A stretch of 64,000 bases of DNA from contig NC_058368.1 in NCBI RefSeq assembly GCF_018350175.1, forward strand, positions 16,618,001 to 16,682,000, in the 5' to 3' direction. The DNA comes from Felis catus. Taxonomy: Eukaryota. The notes under the pieces were generated by a model. It saw only the letters and a program-made list of their open reading frames with translations. It was not told the DNA's origin and did not search any database. A program made the position numbers and the translations under genes. Shown in pieces: positions 62,711 through 64,000 of the stretch. Every line of letters starts with the position of its first letter. The first letter of the stretch is position 1.

Positions 62711-63017
62711 TAAACCTATAGTTAGCCAGACCAAGAAAAAAAAAATGGAAAGAAGAAACAAATTATCAATATCCAGAATACAAGATGTATTTACAAAACA
62801 CTATAGATAGACATTAAAGGTTAATTATGGAATACAATGAACAACTGTATTCCCAGTAATTTGACAGCTTAGATGAAATGTAATAATTCTTGAATAATAA
62901 ACTACTAAATAGTTCGTGATTAAATACTTGAGTACCACAACTGCTCAAAAAGAAATAGATAACCTAAATAGGCAGTTATCAATTAAACAAATTAAGTTCA
63001 TAGTAAAAATAGTAAAC

Positions 63018-63220
63018 AGGGCATCTGGGTGGCTCAGTAAGTTAAGCCTCTGACTTTGGCTCAGGTCATGATCTCGCAGTCCATGAGTTCAAGCCCCACA
63101 TCGGTCTGTGTGCTTACAGCTTTGAATTCTGTGTGTGTGTGTCTCTCTCTGCTCTTGGCCCACTCATGCTCTGTCTCTCTTTCAAAAATAAATAAACATT
63201 AAAGATATTTTAAAAAATGA
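63018..63220 (+). mobile_element. CAN-SINE, internally deleted
   Basis: Head, B box, 'aaaataaataaacatt' tail. Confidence 0.9.
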
Positions 63221-64000
63221 AAATATTAAACAATAAAACTTTTGACAATGATGGTTTTATTAGAAAATTCCACAAAACAGTTAAGGAAGAAACAATGCCA
63301 ATTCTATGTAATCTTTTCCATCAAATGAGAAGAGCAGCCACTTCCCAACTTAACATCAAAACCAGTAAAGGGCATTACAAGAAAAGAAGTCAATAGAGCA
63401 ATATCCTTCATGGATAGATGCAAAAAGAGATGCAAAAATACTCAACTGCATATGAGTAAATTGATCCAGGAACATATTTAATGAAAAACAAAAGGACCAA
63501 ATTGAGTTTATTCTGGAATGCAATGCCAGCTTGAAATTTGGAATACAATATAATGTAATTTACCTAACTAATCAGTTAAAGGAGAATACTCATAAGACAA
63601 TCTAGATCAGTGTAAATATATAAAGGATTTGACAAAATTAAAAGTCCATTCATAATAAAACCCTCAACTGGCTACATATACACGGGAACTTCCTTAATAT
63701 GATAAAGGTCATCTACAAAAAATAACAACTATGGCTGATATCATACTTAATGTTGGAAAACTGAATGCTTTCCACCTATTTTTGGAAACAAGGTCAGGAT
63801 TTCTACTCTTACTGCTTTTACTCAATATTGTACTAAATAAATCCTTGCCAGTACAGTAATCCAGGAAAAAGAAATAGAAATTATGCATGTTTGGAAGATA
63901 CTTGTTACACAACAATCGATAACTAATTCAATGGGTTTCATAATTTTCAAGGATATATAGTAAATACTTTGTAGCTAGGGATTTCTATCATAAAACAATG

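Larger units (their letters stand above)
60300..63900 (+). mobile_element. Old L1 (ORF1 end and ORF2 endonuclease/RT region), decayed
   Basis: A-rich sense motifs 'ataattggagacttcaaca', 'acattcttttcaaatgcaca', 'ttagatgaaatg', 'atatccttcatggatagatgcaaaaa', 'tttgacaaaattaaaagtccattcataataaaa', 'aactgaatgctttcc'; many stops and frameshifts. Confidence 0.9.

Noticed and set aside
60300..63900. Functional L1 ORF1/ORF2 reverse transcriptase
   Set aside because: No long ORF; riddled with stops, indels and SINE insertions
1..64000. tRNA genes, CRISPR arrays, prokaryotic operons, myomiR hairpins
   Set aside because: A/B boxes belong to SINE heads; recurring repeats are dispersed SINEs, not spacer arrays; the DNA is mammalian; I did not see miR-1/133/206 mature sequences by eye

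Overview
Mammalian, AT-rich, repeat-dense genomic DNA. It is almost certainly from a felid (cat-like): about 30 tRNA-derived CAN-SINEs are present, including several young, CpG-intact copies of the Felis-type SINEC_Fc subfamily. I find no convincing protein-coding gene. The supplied ORFs are nearly all by-products of SINEs, microsatellites or decayed LINEs. The window holds old LINE-1, L2 and MIR remnants, DNA-transposon relics (Tigger2a/MER28-like, MER20, MER58A, MER5A), MaLR LTRs, two ERV1-type solo LTRs set back to back at about 50.4-51.8 kb, and a 30-nt tailless U6 snRNA retrocopy with target-site duplications (TSDs). The best candidate for functional unique sequence is a TE-poor block around 11.2-11.6 kb. 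It has a perfect CArG box, E-boxes, ETS sites and two divergent TATA-like boxes, and may feed a minus-strand spliced transcript with a 65-nt exon at 4100-4164. I cannot name a gene for it and it remains a hypothesis. I do not see evidence for a new multi-gene system. Repeat family names come from recalled consensus sequences, and boundaries of old repeats are approximate.
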